64,000 nt of DNA from an uncultured Gemmatimonadaceae bacterium (GCA_963843845.1 CAWJMB010000002.1:2784001-2848000), one strand, 5' to 3'; shown: positions 21,494 to 34,438, numbered from the stretch's first letter. The notes: generated by a model from the sequence alone, not told the origin. Numbers and translations: made by a program.

Positions 21494-23431
21494 ATGGCGA
21501 CCCAGATCACGCCCGCGTTCGACCTCCAGTACGCGATCGACTTCCACCGCGGCGCCGACGAGGCGCTGCGCGACGAGATCGCCGCCGTCGAGCGCGCCGA
21601 GCGCCGCGAGGCCGTGCCCGTCCACGACGGCCAGCGCGCGGCCGACACCCGCGGGCGACGCCGTGCGCTACCTCTTCCAGACCGAGAGCCCGGCGCGCGT
21701 GCAGGTCGGCGAGCGCGTGCGCTGCCAGGTCGACGGCGCGCCGCCCGTGCGCGCGACGGTCGTGGGCCACGCGGCACCGGGCCTGACGCTCGCGCTCGAG
21801 GCGGACCTCGGCCCCCGCATCGACGCCGCCGTCGTCCAGCGCGACGCGGCGTGGATCGAGGCGACGCTCCGGAGCCGGCTCGCCGCCATCGCCGGCCGCC
21901 TGCAGCGGGGCAAGCCCACCGGCCCGTTCTCGCCGGAGCGCGCGCTCGCCGTCCTGCGGCCCGAGGACGCGGCGCCGCCGCCGGCGTTCCGGCGGCTCCC
22001 GCTGCCCGACCACCTCCTCGAGGGCGCGACGGGCGTGCCGCTCAACGAGGAGCAGGTCGCCGCGGTCCAGCGCGTGCTCGAGCAGCCGATCACCTACCTC
22101 TGGGGCCCGCCGGGCACGGGCAAGACGTCCACGATTGCGGCGGCGATCGCGGCGCTGGTCGAGCACCGCCAGCGGATCCTCGTCGTCACGCCGTCCAATG
22201 CGGCCGCCGACGTGCTCCTGACGCAGCTCCACCCTCGGGTCGCCGACCACCCCTAATCGCGCGGGGGCTCGTGCAGCGGTTCGGGTCGCGAGTGACGGAC
22301 CAGCTCCCGCCCGCCCTGCACGACCTGTTCGTCCCGTCGGCGATCGGCGGCCGCCTGCGCGAGGAGAACGACGCCGTCGTCGCGTGGCTCGCGGAGGAGC
22401 GCGCCGCCGCGGCGAGCGCGGGCCGGGCCGCCGACGTCCACGCGCTCGACGCGGAGCTCGCGGCCCTCGCCTTGGAGCGCGAGCGGATCGGCGAGGACCT
22501 CGCACGGCACTGCCACGTGACCGTCACCCCGATCGCCAACGTCTATCTGTCGCGCGCGCTCTGGCGGGAGTACGACGCGGTGGTGTGCGACGAGGCGAGC
22601 ATGGTCGCGCTGCCCGCCCTCTACCTGGCGGCGGGGCTCGCGCGCACGCGGCTCGTCGTCGCCGGGGATTTCCAGCAGCTCGGCGCGGTGACGGCGGCGG
22701 ACACCCCCGCCGTCCGGGCCTGGCTCAAGCGGGACCCGTTCCGCGTCGCGGGAATCCCCGAGATGCTCGCGACCGGAGACACGCCGCCGTACGTGACGAT
22801 GCTCCGAGTGCAGTACCGCATGGCGCCCGCGATCTGCGACCTGGTGAGCGAGGACTACTACCTCGGACAGCTGTCGACGGCCCCCGCGCGCCGCGCGGCG
22901 GGGGCCACGCCGGTCCCGCCGCCCCTCGGGACCCACCCGGTCGTGCTGATCGACACGTCGCCGCTCGAGCCGACGACGCGGGGGCCGGACCGCGCCAACC
23001 CGGTGCACGCCCGACTCGTCGCCGCGCTCGTCGACGCGATCAAGGCGCCGCGGCCGGACGGGAGCGATGCGCGCGTCGGGGTGTTCACGCTCTATCGCGG
23101 CCAGGTGGCGGCGCTCCAGCGGGCCGCGTCGGGGCGCCGGCCCGCCGACCTCACGGCGACCGTTCACCGCGCGCAGGGGGGCGAGGTGGACGTGGCCGTC
23201 CTCGACCTCTGCGACGCACCCGGCGCCGGCGTGACCTTCCTTCGGGCCGCCGGCTGTTCCGAGGAGGGCGGGCGCCTGCTGAACGTTTCCCTGACGCGGG
23301 CGCGCCAGACCGCCGTCGTGGTCGCGAACGTGACGTACCTCGCCCGGGCCGGCGGGCCCGTGGTGCGCCGGCTGCTCGACCGGCTGCGCGAGACGGCGGT
23401 CGTGATCAACGCGGCGAAATTCATGGCCTGA
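21494..23431 (+). CDS. SF1 helicase, DNA2/NAM7/UPF1-like (frameshifts near 21655 and 22255)
   Basis: WGPPGTGKT, TPSNAAAD, CDEAS, AGDFQQL, LRVQYRM, TVHRAQGGE, LNVSLTRAR. Confidence 0.9.
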   Translation: MATQITPAFDLQYAIDFHRGADEALRDEIAAVERAERREAVPVHDGQRAADTRGRRRALPLPDREPGARAGRRARALPGRRRAARARDGRGPRGTGPDARARGGPRPPHRRRRRPARRGVDRGDAPEPARRHRRPPAAGQAHRPVLAGARARRPAARGRGAAAGVPAAPAARPPPRGRDGRAAQRGAGRRGPARARAADHLPLGPAGHGQDVHDCGGDRGAGRAPPADPRRHAVQCGRRRAPDAAPPSGRRPPLIARGLVQRFGSRVTDQLPPALHDLFVPSAIGGRLREENDAVVAWLAEERAAAASAGRAADVHALDAELAALALERERIGEDLARHCHVTVTPIANVYLSRALWREYDAVVCDEASMVALPALYLAAGLARTRLVVAGDFQQLGAVTAADTPAVRAWLKRDPFRVAGIPEMLATGDTPPYVTMLRVQYRMAPAICDLVSEDYYLGQLSTAPARRAAGATPVPPPLGTHPVVLIDTSPLEPTTRGPDRANPVHARLVAALVDAIKAPRPDGSDARVGVFTLYRGQVAALQRAASGRRPADLTATVHRAQGGEVDVAVLDLCDAPGAGVTFLRAAGCSEEGGRLLNVSLTRARQTAVVVANVTYLARAGGPVVRRLLDRLRETAVVINAAKFMA

Positions 23432-23674
23432 GCGGCACGCGACCATCGCGACGCCGGCCGATTCGACCACGCTCGCCAGATACGTCAGCGACGGCCGATC
23501 GCGCGGCCTTCGGGTTTCATTCGCGTTGTTCATGCGTTCGGACCGCTTCAGCTTGCAAGGCCTATCCCGCCGCGCGAGGTGAGTCAGACGCGTCGGCCCT
23601 GGTCGAACGGACGCCGACCCGCGTGACTCGCGTGACCGCCCTCCGCCCCAACCAGCGCCCCGACTCGCAGCGCC

Positions 23675-24595
23675 GTGGCGCCTTACGCGCCGACGGCGCC
23701 CGGAGGTACCCCGGCGTCGGGCGTCCCCGCCGCGGCCGCTGCGATGGCTTGGCTGGCGCCGGTCGCGGGGTTCCTGGACGCGTGGCTGGATCGAGCGGCG
23801 CACGGCGTCCATCCAAACGTCCAGCTACTGACCGAGCGCGAGTCGCAGCGCGACGCCGTCTGCGACGCATTGTGCGGGGTCGTCGACCATCTCGTCGGCG
23901 CGCACGTCCTTACCCGGATGAAGTTTCCGCAGGCGGCCGCGACGTTCGACTCCCGGATTCCGCGCGGAAGCCGCATCCGCTCTGGGGACCTGGCTAAGAT
24001 CATCGCGACGGAGTACGTGCAGGCGCACACGGAGTTCGCGGTGCCGCTCAAGCGGCTCCGCCACAAGGACGACCGCGAGATGTCGATGCGGGGCGACGAC
24101 ATCATCGGCCTCCACAAGTCGGGCGGAACGCCCACCGTGCTGAAAGCTGAGGTGAAGAGCCGCGCGACCCTGGCAGCCGCGGTCGTCGAGGAGGCGTGCA
24201 CCTCACTCGAACACCACCGCGGCCGACCCAAGCCGCAGACGCTCGGCTTCATCGCGATGCATCTGCGCTACACGGACCGCGACGCCGAAGCCGAACTGAT
24301 CGAGCACCTCCAGAGCGAGCGGCTCGGCGTCCGGGACATCGCGCATCTCGTGTTCACCCTGTCGGGGAACGATCCCTCGACGGCTCTCAGTGCCCACGCC
24401 GGCACGCGACAACTCATCGGCGACCGCCGGCTCGTTGGACTTCGCGTCGCAGACCACCAGCGCTTCATCAGTACGGTGTTCGACGCAGTGCGCGCGGGCC
24501 GGATTGCTCCCGCTGCCCCGACCGCGGCCGCGGTCCCGGCGCGGGTGGCCGCTCCCTCGGCCCCGGAGCCGCCCGACGATGCCGCAGACACTTGA
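23675..24595 (+). CDS. hamA: Hachiman HamA-like nuclease (DUF1837 type)
   Basis: RSGDLAKIIATEY..VPLKRLRHKDDREMSMRGDDIIG..LKAEVKSR; directly upstream of a Ski2-like helicase. Confidence 0.8.
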   Translation: MAPYAPTAPGGTPASGVPAAAAAMAWLAPVAGFLDAWLDRAAHGVHPNVQLLTERESQRDAVCDALCGVVDHLVGAHVLTRMKFPQAAATFDSRIPRGSRIRSGDLAKIIATEYVQAHTEFAVPLKRLRHKDDREMSMRGDDIIGLHKSGGTPTVLKAEVKSRATLAAAVVEEACTSLEHHRGRPKPQTLGFIAMHLRYTDRDAEAELIEHLQSERLGVRDIAHLVFTLSGNDPSTALSAHAGTRQLIGDRRLVGLRVADHQRFISTVFDAVRAGRIAPAAPTAAAVPARVAAPSAPEPPDDAADT

Positions 24596-27500
24596 GGACC
24601 TGGCGGCCCGGCTGCGGGTCCTCACGCTCCGGGCGCTCGGGACGCGCTGGTGCGGCGTGGGCTCGCCCGCGGGCTGATGGCGCGACGGCCGGCTCCCCGA
24701 CGGGGCGCCGGGGTTCACGGACAGCCTCACGGCGGACCTGCTCGACCACGGGTACCTTGTGCTCTCGCAGGCGCTCCGGCTCCGCGAGCGCGGGGGGTCG
24801 ACCTCCGACGTCGAGCACGGGCTGCGCGTCGCGGCGAGAGCATCGAATCCGCCGTCCGCCGGGGCGGTCGCGACGCGGACCGTGACTTTCACCTGGTGGT
24901 CGCCGCCTGCGCGTTCCACCTGTCGCACTTCGGGGCCCGCGCGTACTGCCTCGTACCGCCGCTGGAGGCGAACCCGAACTTGTCAGTGCCGGAGCTCGCG
25001 TTGGTCACGCTGCTTCGCCGCGACCTCGGGACGCTGCGCGCGATGTGCGCGCGCTCGCGACGACCGCCACCAGGACGCCGCCCTGGCTGCGCGGCTCGCG
25101 CGCGACGGCATGGATGCACTGGATGAGGTCGAGCGCATCGCGGTGACCGCGAACTTCGTCCGGTCGCTCGCCACGTTCCTCTCAGCCCTGGATCGCGGCG
25201 ACGCAACCCTGGCCGTTGCCGCCATCCGGAGCTTCGCCGAGGGCAGCGAGGCCGCGGCAATAATCCGACACGTGCCGCTCTGGTGGGCGTGCACCTTGGC
25301 CCGCCACCTCACCGACGGCCTGTGGGGCAACAGCCTCCACGTGCGGATCCCGCTGGAGATCGACGGCCCTCCGGCAACCCGGTGGCGATCGCTTCGTCGG
25401 CGCTACATCGACGTCCTCCGCGGGCGTGGGACGGCGGAGGTGGACCTCTGGCCGTCGCAGTGGGAGGCCGCGTCCCGCTGCGTGGACCCTGCCGACGACT
25501 TGGTGGTGGCGCTGCCGACGAGTGCCGGCAAGACGCGGGTGGCCGAACTGTGCATCCTCCGCACCCTTGCGGACGAACGCCGCGTCATCTACGTCACGCC
25601 GCTGCGGGCGCTGTCGGCGCAGTTGGAGCGAACGCTCTCCCGTACTTTCCGTCCGCTCGGCCACTCAGTCACGGCGCTCTACGGTGCGAGCGGCGTCGCG
25701 GCGGCCGACGTCGCCACCCTGCGCGACGCCGACATCGTGGTCGCCACCCCCGAGAAGCTCGACTTCGCGTTGCGGGTGGATCCATCGGTGCTCGACAACG
25801 TCGGCTTGGTCGTGCTGGACGAAGGGCACATGATCGGACTCGGGACGCGCGAGATTCGGTACGAGGTGCTCGTGCAGCGCCTGCTGCGGCGTCCGACGCC
25901 GCCGCCCGGCGGATCGTTTGCCTCTCGGCCATCTTCGGCCCGGCTGGCGCCGGCCGTGACGAACGGGCGGGTGGCGACGGAGCCGCCGCCCGCGACCCGC
26001 ACGATGACGAACCGCAGGGCGGTCGAGGAGACGGGAACGGTATGCCCGCCCCGGCCGCCACCGACGGGGCGGTCGGCGGGGCGTTCGCGGATTTCACGGC
26101 GTGATCCGAGGCGATGCCCCCGGCGCCGCGATCATGTCGTCGTGGCGGCCGACCCGCCAGCGAACCGGCGTGCTGCGCTGGAACGGGACGGCGGGACGAC
26201 TCGCTGGCAGTGGACGAGGAGGAGCCATACGTCCCGGGGTTCGTGCGCACGGAGCCCCCGCTGGGTCAGCGACGCAACGGCTTCCCGCAGAACGACGCGG
26301 AGTTCGTGCTGGCGGCCGCCAAGGCCTTCCTCGCGGACGAGCACCGCGTGTTGATCTACTGTCCCCCAGCGACGGTCGGTAGAGTCGCTCGGGGCGGCGT
26401 ATCTCACGGTCGCGCGGCAGGGGCACTTCGCGGTCGAGGTCCCCGACGCCGGCGCGCTCGCGCGGGCGCTCCGCATCGGACGGGAGTGGTTGGGCCCGGA
26501 GCACGTCGCGCTCCGCGCTCTCGAGCGAGGTGTCGCGCTGCACCACGGGTCGTTGCCCCGGCCCTTCCTCTCGGAGGTGGAGGATCTGTTGCAGCGTCGC
26601 ATAATCCGATCGTGATCGCCTCGCCGACGCTGGCGCAGGGCATCGACCTGTCATGCAGCGTACTGCTCTTCCGGTCCATCTACCGGGTCGGGAACCGGCC
26701 CATCGAACCCGAGGAGTTCGCGAACGTTGTTGGCCGGGCAGGCCGTGCCCACGTGGACCTCGATGGCGTGACGGTCTTCCCCGTATTCGAGCAGGGCTCG
26801 AAGGGCGGGCGCCGTGCGTGGGAGTTCCGACAGCTCGTTCAGTCGTCGGCCGCCCGGCGCTTGGAGAGTGGCCTCGTGTTGCTCGTCGAACGTCTCATCG
26901 AGTTGCTCGGCGAGGCACTCGGCGCATCGGCCGAGGACGTCCGGGCGTACGTGTTGGACGTCGGAGCAGGCTGGGACGTGCCGGTGTACGCGCTGGATCC
27001 GCAGGGCGTGCCGACCGATGTCGAGCTGATGGCGCCCGCGTTGGCCGAGCTCGACGCCGCCATCCTCGCTAGCGTGGAAAACCTCGAGTGCGCGATCGAG
27101 ACGCTGGCAGACGCGCTCGACACGGCGTTGCGTGCCTCGCTCTGGCGCGGCGCCTGCGCACGCGCACGGACCAAGCGGCCGGCCTCGCGCGCGACGTGCT
27201 CGTCGGCAGAGCACGGTGGCTGTGGACGCGTACGACGCCTGCGGCGCGACGCGCGTACCATGCGGCGGGGCTCGGGTACGCCGCCGGGCAGTTCCTGGAC
27301 GCCCAGCGCGACACGCTCGTCCCGCTGCTGCTGTCGGCGGAGGGGGCGCTGCTCCGCGGCGCGGCGGCCGAGGCGGCGCACGCCCTCGTCGCGTTCGCGC
27401 GCCACGTGCGTGCAGTGCCACCGTTCGAGTTCGAGGATGCTCCAGGGGTTCGGGAGGCCGCGCTCAGCGCGTGGGTGACGGGCGACCTGGTGAGCGCCCC

Positions 27501-28141
27501 GCCGCTCGCCGGTGACGCGAGCGAGATCGTCGCCTTCCTGCAGGGCGACGTCGTCTACCGGTTGGTGTGGGCCGCGGAGGCGGTGCGCCTGCACGCGGTG
27601 CAGACCGGCGTCCCCGACGCCGAACTGCTGGACGGGACGGTAGCCGCGACGCTGACCTACGGGCTGCCCACGGCGCCGGGGATCGTGCTCGCTCAGGCCG
27701 GCTTGTCGTCGCGGACCATGGTGCAGCGTCTCGTCGCGGCGTTCCCGACGGGCCTCAGCGGTCCGGATGACATCGCTGACTGGATCGCGGCCCACCGGGG
27801 CGTGATCAACGCGCCGGGGTACTGGCAGGACACCGAGACCGAGGCGCTCTGGCAGGCGTTCGTCGGTCGGTGGATCGACCGGGCACCTGGCCGATGGGGT
27901 GACCGCCGGACCGAAGTCGGCGTCGAGTGGCGGTCCCCCCGGCAAGCCCCCGAGACTGGCGCGTCGGTGTCTCTGGTGCACGACCCCGTGGACAACGTGA
28001 CGTACGTCTGCGCGGAAGACCTGACGCACCTCGGACGGCTCCGATCTCCCGTCCGGCGCGGACCAGCGAACCGCCGTCACCGGCGTGGTGGCCAGAGATC
28101 GCGGACGCGTCTCGATCACAGGGTTCATGCCTGCCCGATAG
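24579..28141 (+). CDS. hamB: Hachiman HamB DEAD/DEAH (Ski2-like) helicase, several frameshifts
   Basis: LWPSQ, LPTSAGKTRVAE, TPLRALS, TPEKLD, LDEGH, GVALHHG, SPTLAQGID, NVVGRAGRA; overlaps the hamA stop. Confidence 0.85.
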
Positions 28142-28927
28142 CGGGCGCTCGCACGTCGCGGCAGCGCGGACGTGCCACCGCTCCCCGCGGCGTGACCGTA
28201 GCGCACCCTGTGCGCGTACCGTCCCCGCCTGGACTCGCGCGCCTGTCGGGCGCCGGTCAGTGGGCCACCCTCTGGGCCGGCGGCCGGGGAACCCAGGGAT
28301 CCTGCGCGATCAGAGGCGTCCTCTAGGAATCGTGGCGCCCAGCCGTGGGTGCGGGTCCGTGACGTCTTCCTGAGCGAGCGGGCGACGGGCGGGGCACGTG
28401 ACGCCGCGCTGGCCGAGGCGGCGTCGGCCGAGGCGCCGCACACCATGCTGTGCTCGGGATGCGCTACTGGAGATCGCAGCACGGCGCTGCGCGCCCTGCA
28501 GGCCGCCCGTGGCAAGTGGGCACCCAAGCGAGCGACCATGGAGGTCCTGCGGTACGCCGTCCGTCTCAGGACTAGCGACCCCGGCATTCTGGCTCATCTT
28601 GATGGGCGCACGGGCTTCTGCTCGATCCCAGCGTCGGGCCCGGGCGGCGTGGTGCGCGGCGCGCCTGCCGGGGACCTTGAACTCGACCGGTGCGCCATGC
28701 CGATGCTCGGGCTGGGCACCCCGGGCCCATGACCCTGGGGCGCGCTTTGGGCAGCCAGGCTCCCACCTGGGGGTCCAGGACCCCAGAGCGGCAGCGAGCG
28801 TGCGTTCCACCGATGGGGAGACACAGACGGGCACGTCCCTGGCGCGAAGGCAGGAGCACCCCGTGCGGCACCGCACCATCGGACACGAAGTACACCCTCG
28901 GCTAGCCCCGCCTCACCTTCAGCCCCG

Positions 28928-31342
28928 ATGGACAAGCAGGCCCTCTCCGAGCAGGACGTCCGCACGCAAGTACATCATCGCCTGCGATCCACGCGGCCGG
29001 CTGGGACGTGATGCGCCAGGTCCGCGAGGAGGTCGAGCTCACCAAGGGCCGCGTGATCGTGCGGGGAAAGCTCGTCGGCCCGCGGGGAGGGCGAAGCGCG
29101 CCGACTACGTCCTCTTCCCAAGCCCGACCTCCCGCTCGCCGTCGTCGAGGCCAAGGACAACAACCACAGCGTCGGCGCCGGGATGCAGCAGGCGCTCGGC
29201 TACGCCGAGCATGCTCGACGTGCCGTTCGTCTTCAGCTCGAACGGCGACGGCTTCCTCTTCCACGACCGCACGGGCCCGAGCCGGCGATCGAGACGCGAG
29301 TCTGGCGCTCGACGAGTTCCCGTCGCCGGCGGAGCTCTGGCGCCGCTACCGCGCGTGGAAGGGGCTCGACGCCGACGCCGAAGCGCATCGTCACGCAGGA
29401 CTACCACGCCGATGGCAGCGGCAAGGAGCCGCGCTACTACCAGCGTCAGGCCATCAACCGCGACGTCGAGGCGGTCGCCAAGGGACAGAACCGCGTGCTG
29501 CTGGTGATGGCGACCGGCACCGGCAAGACGTACACCGCCTTCCAGATCATCTGGCGGCTGTGGAAGGCCGGCGCGAAGAAGCGGATCCTGTTCCTCGCCG
29601 ACCGCAACATCCTCGTCGACCAGACGAGAGACGAACGACTTCAAGCCGTTCGGCGAGGCGATGACGAAGATCACGCAACCGCACAGGTCGACAAGTCGCT
29701 ACGAGATCTACCTCTGCGCTCTACCAGGCCATCACGGGCGACGAGGAGCGCGCAACATCTACAAGGAGTTCTCGCCGCGACTTCTTCGACCTGATCGTCG
29801 ATCGACGAGTGCCACCGCGGGAGCGCCGCCGAGGACTCGGCGTGGCGCGAGATCCTCGACTACTTCTCCGCCGCCGTGCAGCTCGGCATGACGGCGACGC
29901 CCAAGGAGACGAAGACGTCTCGAACATCCACTACTTCGGCGAGCCGGTCTACACCTACTCGCTCAAGCAGGGCATCGAGGACGGCTTCCTCGCGCCGTAC
30001 AAGGTGGTCCGCGTCGACCTCGACAAGGACCTGCCGGCTGGCGCCCCGAGAAGGGCAAGCGCGACAAGCACGGCGAGGTGATCGAGGACCGCATCTACAA
30101 CCAGCGCGACTTCGACCGCGACGCTGGTCCTCGACGAGCGCACCAAGCTCGTGGCGCGCGAAGGTCACCGAGTACCTCAAGGGACCGGAACCGCTTCGCC
30201 AAGACGATCGTCTTCTGCGAGGACATCGACCACGCCGAGCGGATGCGGCAGGCGCTCGTCAACGAGAACCCCGACCTGGCCGCGGCCAGAACCGCACGCT
30301 ACGTCATGCGCATCACCGGGCGACGACACCGAGGGCAAGGCGGCACCTCGACAACTTCATCGACCCCGAGGAGCGCTACCCGGTGATCGCGACCACGTCG
30401 GAGCTGATGACGACCGGCGTCGACGCCCAGACCTGCAAGCTGATCGTGCTCGACCAGCGCATCCAGTCGATGACCGAGTTCAAGCAGATCATCGGCCGCG
30501 GCACCCGCATCAACGAGGACACGGCAAGCTCTGCTTCACCATCCTCGACTTCCGCAAGGCGACCGAGCTGTTCGCCGACCCCGACTTCGACGGCGACCCG
30601 GTGCAGATCTACGAGCCCGGCGAGCGACGACCCGATCGTGCCGCCCGACGACGGATCGACGCCGACGACGGCCGAGACGCCGATCGACGGATGCCCGCCT
30701 CGGACGCCGGACGGCCGGGCGGCGACGGCGACGCCGGACGACGATGCCGGCCGCGGCCCGGCAGCGCAAGTACGTCGTCGGCGGACGTGCCGGTCAGCGT
30801 CGTCGCCGAGCGCGTCCAGTACTACGGCCCGGACGGCAAGCTCATCACCGAGTCGCTGCGCGACTACACGCGCAGCGCGTCCGCGAGGAGTACGCCATCG
30901 CTCGACGACTTCCTGAAGCGCTGGAGGCCAGCCGACCGCAAGCAGGCGATCATCAACGAGCTCGACGAGCAGGGCGTCTTCTTCGAGGCGCTCGCCGAGG
31001 ACGTAGGTAAGGCACGACTCGACCCCTTCGACCTCGTCTGCCACGTCGCCTTCGATCAGCCGCCGCTCACCCGCCGTGAGCGCGCCGACAACGTGCGCAA
31101 GCGCGACTACTTCGCCAAGTACGGCGACGAAGGCCCGCGCGTCCTCGAGGCGCTGCTCGACAAGTACGCCGACGAAGGCGTCGACGACCATCGAGGACAT
31201 CGAGCGTGCTCAAGGTCGCAGCCGCTCGACCGCGCATCGGCACCCCGATCGAAATCGTCGCAGCGCTTCGGCGGCACGGACCGGCTACACTGCAGGCCGT
31301 CAGCGAGCTCGAAGAGCGAGCTCTACAAGCAACGCACGCTGA
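28928..31342 (+). CDS. hsdR: Type I restriction subunit R (EcoAI/EcoEI-like), heavily frameshifted
   Basis: [67 protein letters not shown]. Confidence 0.9.
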
Positions 31343-31358
31343 CCGACAGTGACCACCC

Positions 31359-32838
31359 ATGTCGCATCGGCACCACCATCAAGTCGCATCCAGGACATCA
31401 TGCGCAAGGACGCCGGCATCGACGGCGACGCCCAGCGCATCGGCCAGCTCGGCTGGATGCTCTTCCTCAAGATCTTCGACGACCGCGACGCGGAGCGGAG
31501 CTGCTCGGGACGAGCCTACGTCTCGCCGATCCCGGCGCGGCTCCGCTGGCGCACTGGGCCGCGGACGCGGAAGGGCATCACCGGCGACGCGCTGCTCGAC
31601 TTCGTCAACAACGACCTGTTCCCGACGCTCAAGGAGCTCGCCGACTCGACGCGGCAAGACGCGGCGATCGCGGCGCGTCGTCCGCAGCGTCTTCGAGGAC
31701 GCCTACAACTACATGAAGAGCGGGCACGCTGCTGCGGCAGGTCGTCAACAAGATCAACGAGATCGACTTCAACCGCTCGAGCGACCGGCACCTGTTCGGC
31801 GACATCTACGAGCAGATCCTAAGGACCTCCAGAGCGCCGGCAACGCGGGCGAGTACTACACGCCGCGCGCCGTCACGCAGTTCATGGTCGACCGAGATGA
31901 CGCCCCGCAGCTCGGCGAGACGGTGCTCGACCCGGCGTGCGGCACGGGCGGCTTCCTCACCTGCGCCATCGAGCACGTGCGCAGGCAGCTACGTCCGGAC
32001 GCCCGACAGGACGAGCGAGTGCTGCAGGCGTCATCCGCGGCGTCGAGAAGAAGCCGCTGCCGCACCTGCTCTGCACGACCAACATGCTGCTGCACGGCAT
32101 CGACGTGCCGACGCAACGTCCGCCACGACAACACGCTCGCCCGGCCGCTGCGCGACTACGGGCCAAGGACCGCGTGGACGTCATCCTCACCAACCCGCCG
32201 TTCGGCGGGACGGAGGAAGACGGGATCGAGAACAACTTCCCGGCGCAGTTCCGGACGCGCGAGACGGCCGACCTGTTCCTCGTGCTGATCATGCACCTGC
32301 TGAAGGACGGCGGCCGCGCGGCGGTGGTGCTGCCGGACGGCACGCTGTTCGGCGAGGGGGTCAAGACGCGCATCAAGGAGAAGCTGCTCGACGAGTGCAA
32401 CCTGCACACGATCGTGCGGCTGCCGAAGGGCGTGTTCGAGCCCGTACACGGGCATCAAGACGAACCTGCTGTTCTTCACGAAGGGCGAGCCGACCAAGGA
32501 GGTCTGGTTCTACGAGCACCCGTACCCCGCGGGCGCAGAAGAGCTACTCCAAGACCAAGCCGATCCGCATCGAGGAGTTCGACGCCGAGAAGGCGTGGTG
32601 GACGACGCGCGAGGAGACCGAGCAGGCGTGGAGGGTCTCGGTCGACGAGATCCGGCGGCGGGGCTACAACCTCGACATCAAGAACCCGAACGCGCGCGAC
32701 GAGGATCACCGCGATCCGGACGACTTGCTGGCGGAGTACCGGCAGGCGATGGCGGACGTGGCGGAGACGCGCGAGGCGCTGAAGGCGCAGCTGGCGGCGG
32801 CGTTGGCATCGGTCCTTGCGGTGGAGGTGGGGGCGTGA
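31359..32838 (+). CDS. hsdM: Type I R-M methyltransferase subunit M, frameshifted
   Basis: IQDIMRKDAGIDGDAQRI, GEYYTPR, LDPACGTGGFL, TNPPFGG. Confidence 0.92.
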
Positions 32839-34421
32839 CGCCCGGAGCGCTGCTGGAGCAGTTCGACATGATGGCGGAGTCGCCAGGTGGGGTGGAGCAA
32901 GTGCGCAAGGTGATCCTCCAGCTCGCGGTGCGTGGCGAGCTGCGTTGTGAAACGGGACGACGAGGGTTAGTGGTGCTCGATCGCATCGCGACGGACGCTG
33001 GACGCCATATCTGAGCTGTCGCCGGCTGGAGTGGGGTCCGCGCCGGACCCGAGTGGCTGGGCCTGGGTGCGGATCGGCGACGTGATGAACCTCGTCAACG
33101 GGCGAGCGTTCAAGCGCGCTGAGTGGGCTGCGGCGGGAACGCCCATTGTTCGCATTCAGAACCTGAATAGCCCCGCCGCGCCGTTCAACTACAGTGCGTC
33201 GGAGGTGCCGGCGAAGTTCTACATCCAGGATGAGGATCTGCTGCTGAGCTGGTCTGGTACTCCAGGCACGTGCTTTGGTGCGTTCGTCTGGCGTCGCGGC
33301 CGGGCCGTGCTCAACCAGCACATCTTCCGGTGCGAGCTTCGTGGCGGCGCGTACGTCAACGACTTCGCGCGCATGGCAATCAACGCACGCCTGGAACGAA
33401 ATGATCTCGCAGGCTCATGGCGGCGTCGGACTACAGCACATCACGAAGGGCAAGTTGGACCGCCTTGCGATAGTGCTACCGCCTCTCGCGGAGCAGCGCC
33501 GCATCGTGGAGAAGGTAGACGAGCTGATGGCTCTCTGCGACGAACTGGAGACCCGGCAGGAGCGGCGCGCCGAGGCGCGGGCGCGGGCGAACCGCGCGGT
33601 GCTGCAGCAGCTTACGGCGGCGAAGACGACGCGAGCTGGACACCGCATGGGAGCGGCTGCATGGGAGCTTTGACTCGCTGGTGAACGCGCAGAGTAACTG
33701 ACTGGAGCGGGTGTTGCAGCTGGGTGGTGGAAAGTGGCCACAGGATCCGAAGGACGAACCGGCGACTTCGTTTCTCGCGGAGTACCGGTGCCGAGCCGAA
33801 GACGCGCCCCTCGAGCTCGATCTTCCAGCGGGGTGGGCGTGCGCGCGCCTTTGTGAGCTGGGCTCCTTCATGGGGGGCGGGACACCCTCCAAGTCCGACC
33901 CATCGCTCTGGGCGGGCGACATCCCTTGGGTTAGTCCAAAGGACATGAAGCGACTCAGAATCGCTGACTCAGAGGATCACGTGAGCCAGCCGGCACTGTC
34001 CCGGTCAGCCGTGCGCCTGATCCCAGCGGGTGCGCTGCTCATGGTGGTTCGCGGAATGATCCTAGCGAGAGCGTTTCCGGTGGCGCTCACGGAGCGGCCC
34101 GTCACGGTCAACCAGGACATGAAGGCGCTGGTACCGAAGGATGCGCGCCTCGCCGAGTACCTCTTGCTCATGCTGCGCGCGATGGAGCCGCGCGTGCTGG
34201 CGGCCGTCGAGCGGTCCACTCACGGCACGTGCCGACTCGAGTCGACCGTAGTAAGCGAACTTGTTCTCCCACTGCCCCCGCTGGCGGAGCAGCGGCGCAT
34301 CGTGGCGAGGGTAGACGAGCTGATGGCCCTGTGCAACGAGCTGGAGGTCCGGCTCACGCGCGCCCGCAACTGCGCCACCCACCTCGCCGCCGCGGTGGTG
34401 CATCGCCTCACCGCCGCCTGA
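32835..34421 (+). CDS. hsdS: Type I R-M specificity subunit S, frameshifted
   Basis: ILQLAVRG, two TRDs each followed by LPPLAEQRRIV..VDELMALC; GGTPSK, GDIPWVSPKDM. Confidence 0.9.
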
Positions 34422-34438
34422 CCTGAGCCTCGACACAC

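Noticed and set aside
28192..28732. Possible small gene between hamB and hsdR
   Set aside because: No recognisable motif and interrupted frame; cannot be supported as a CDS.
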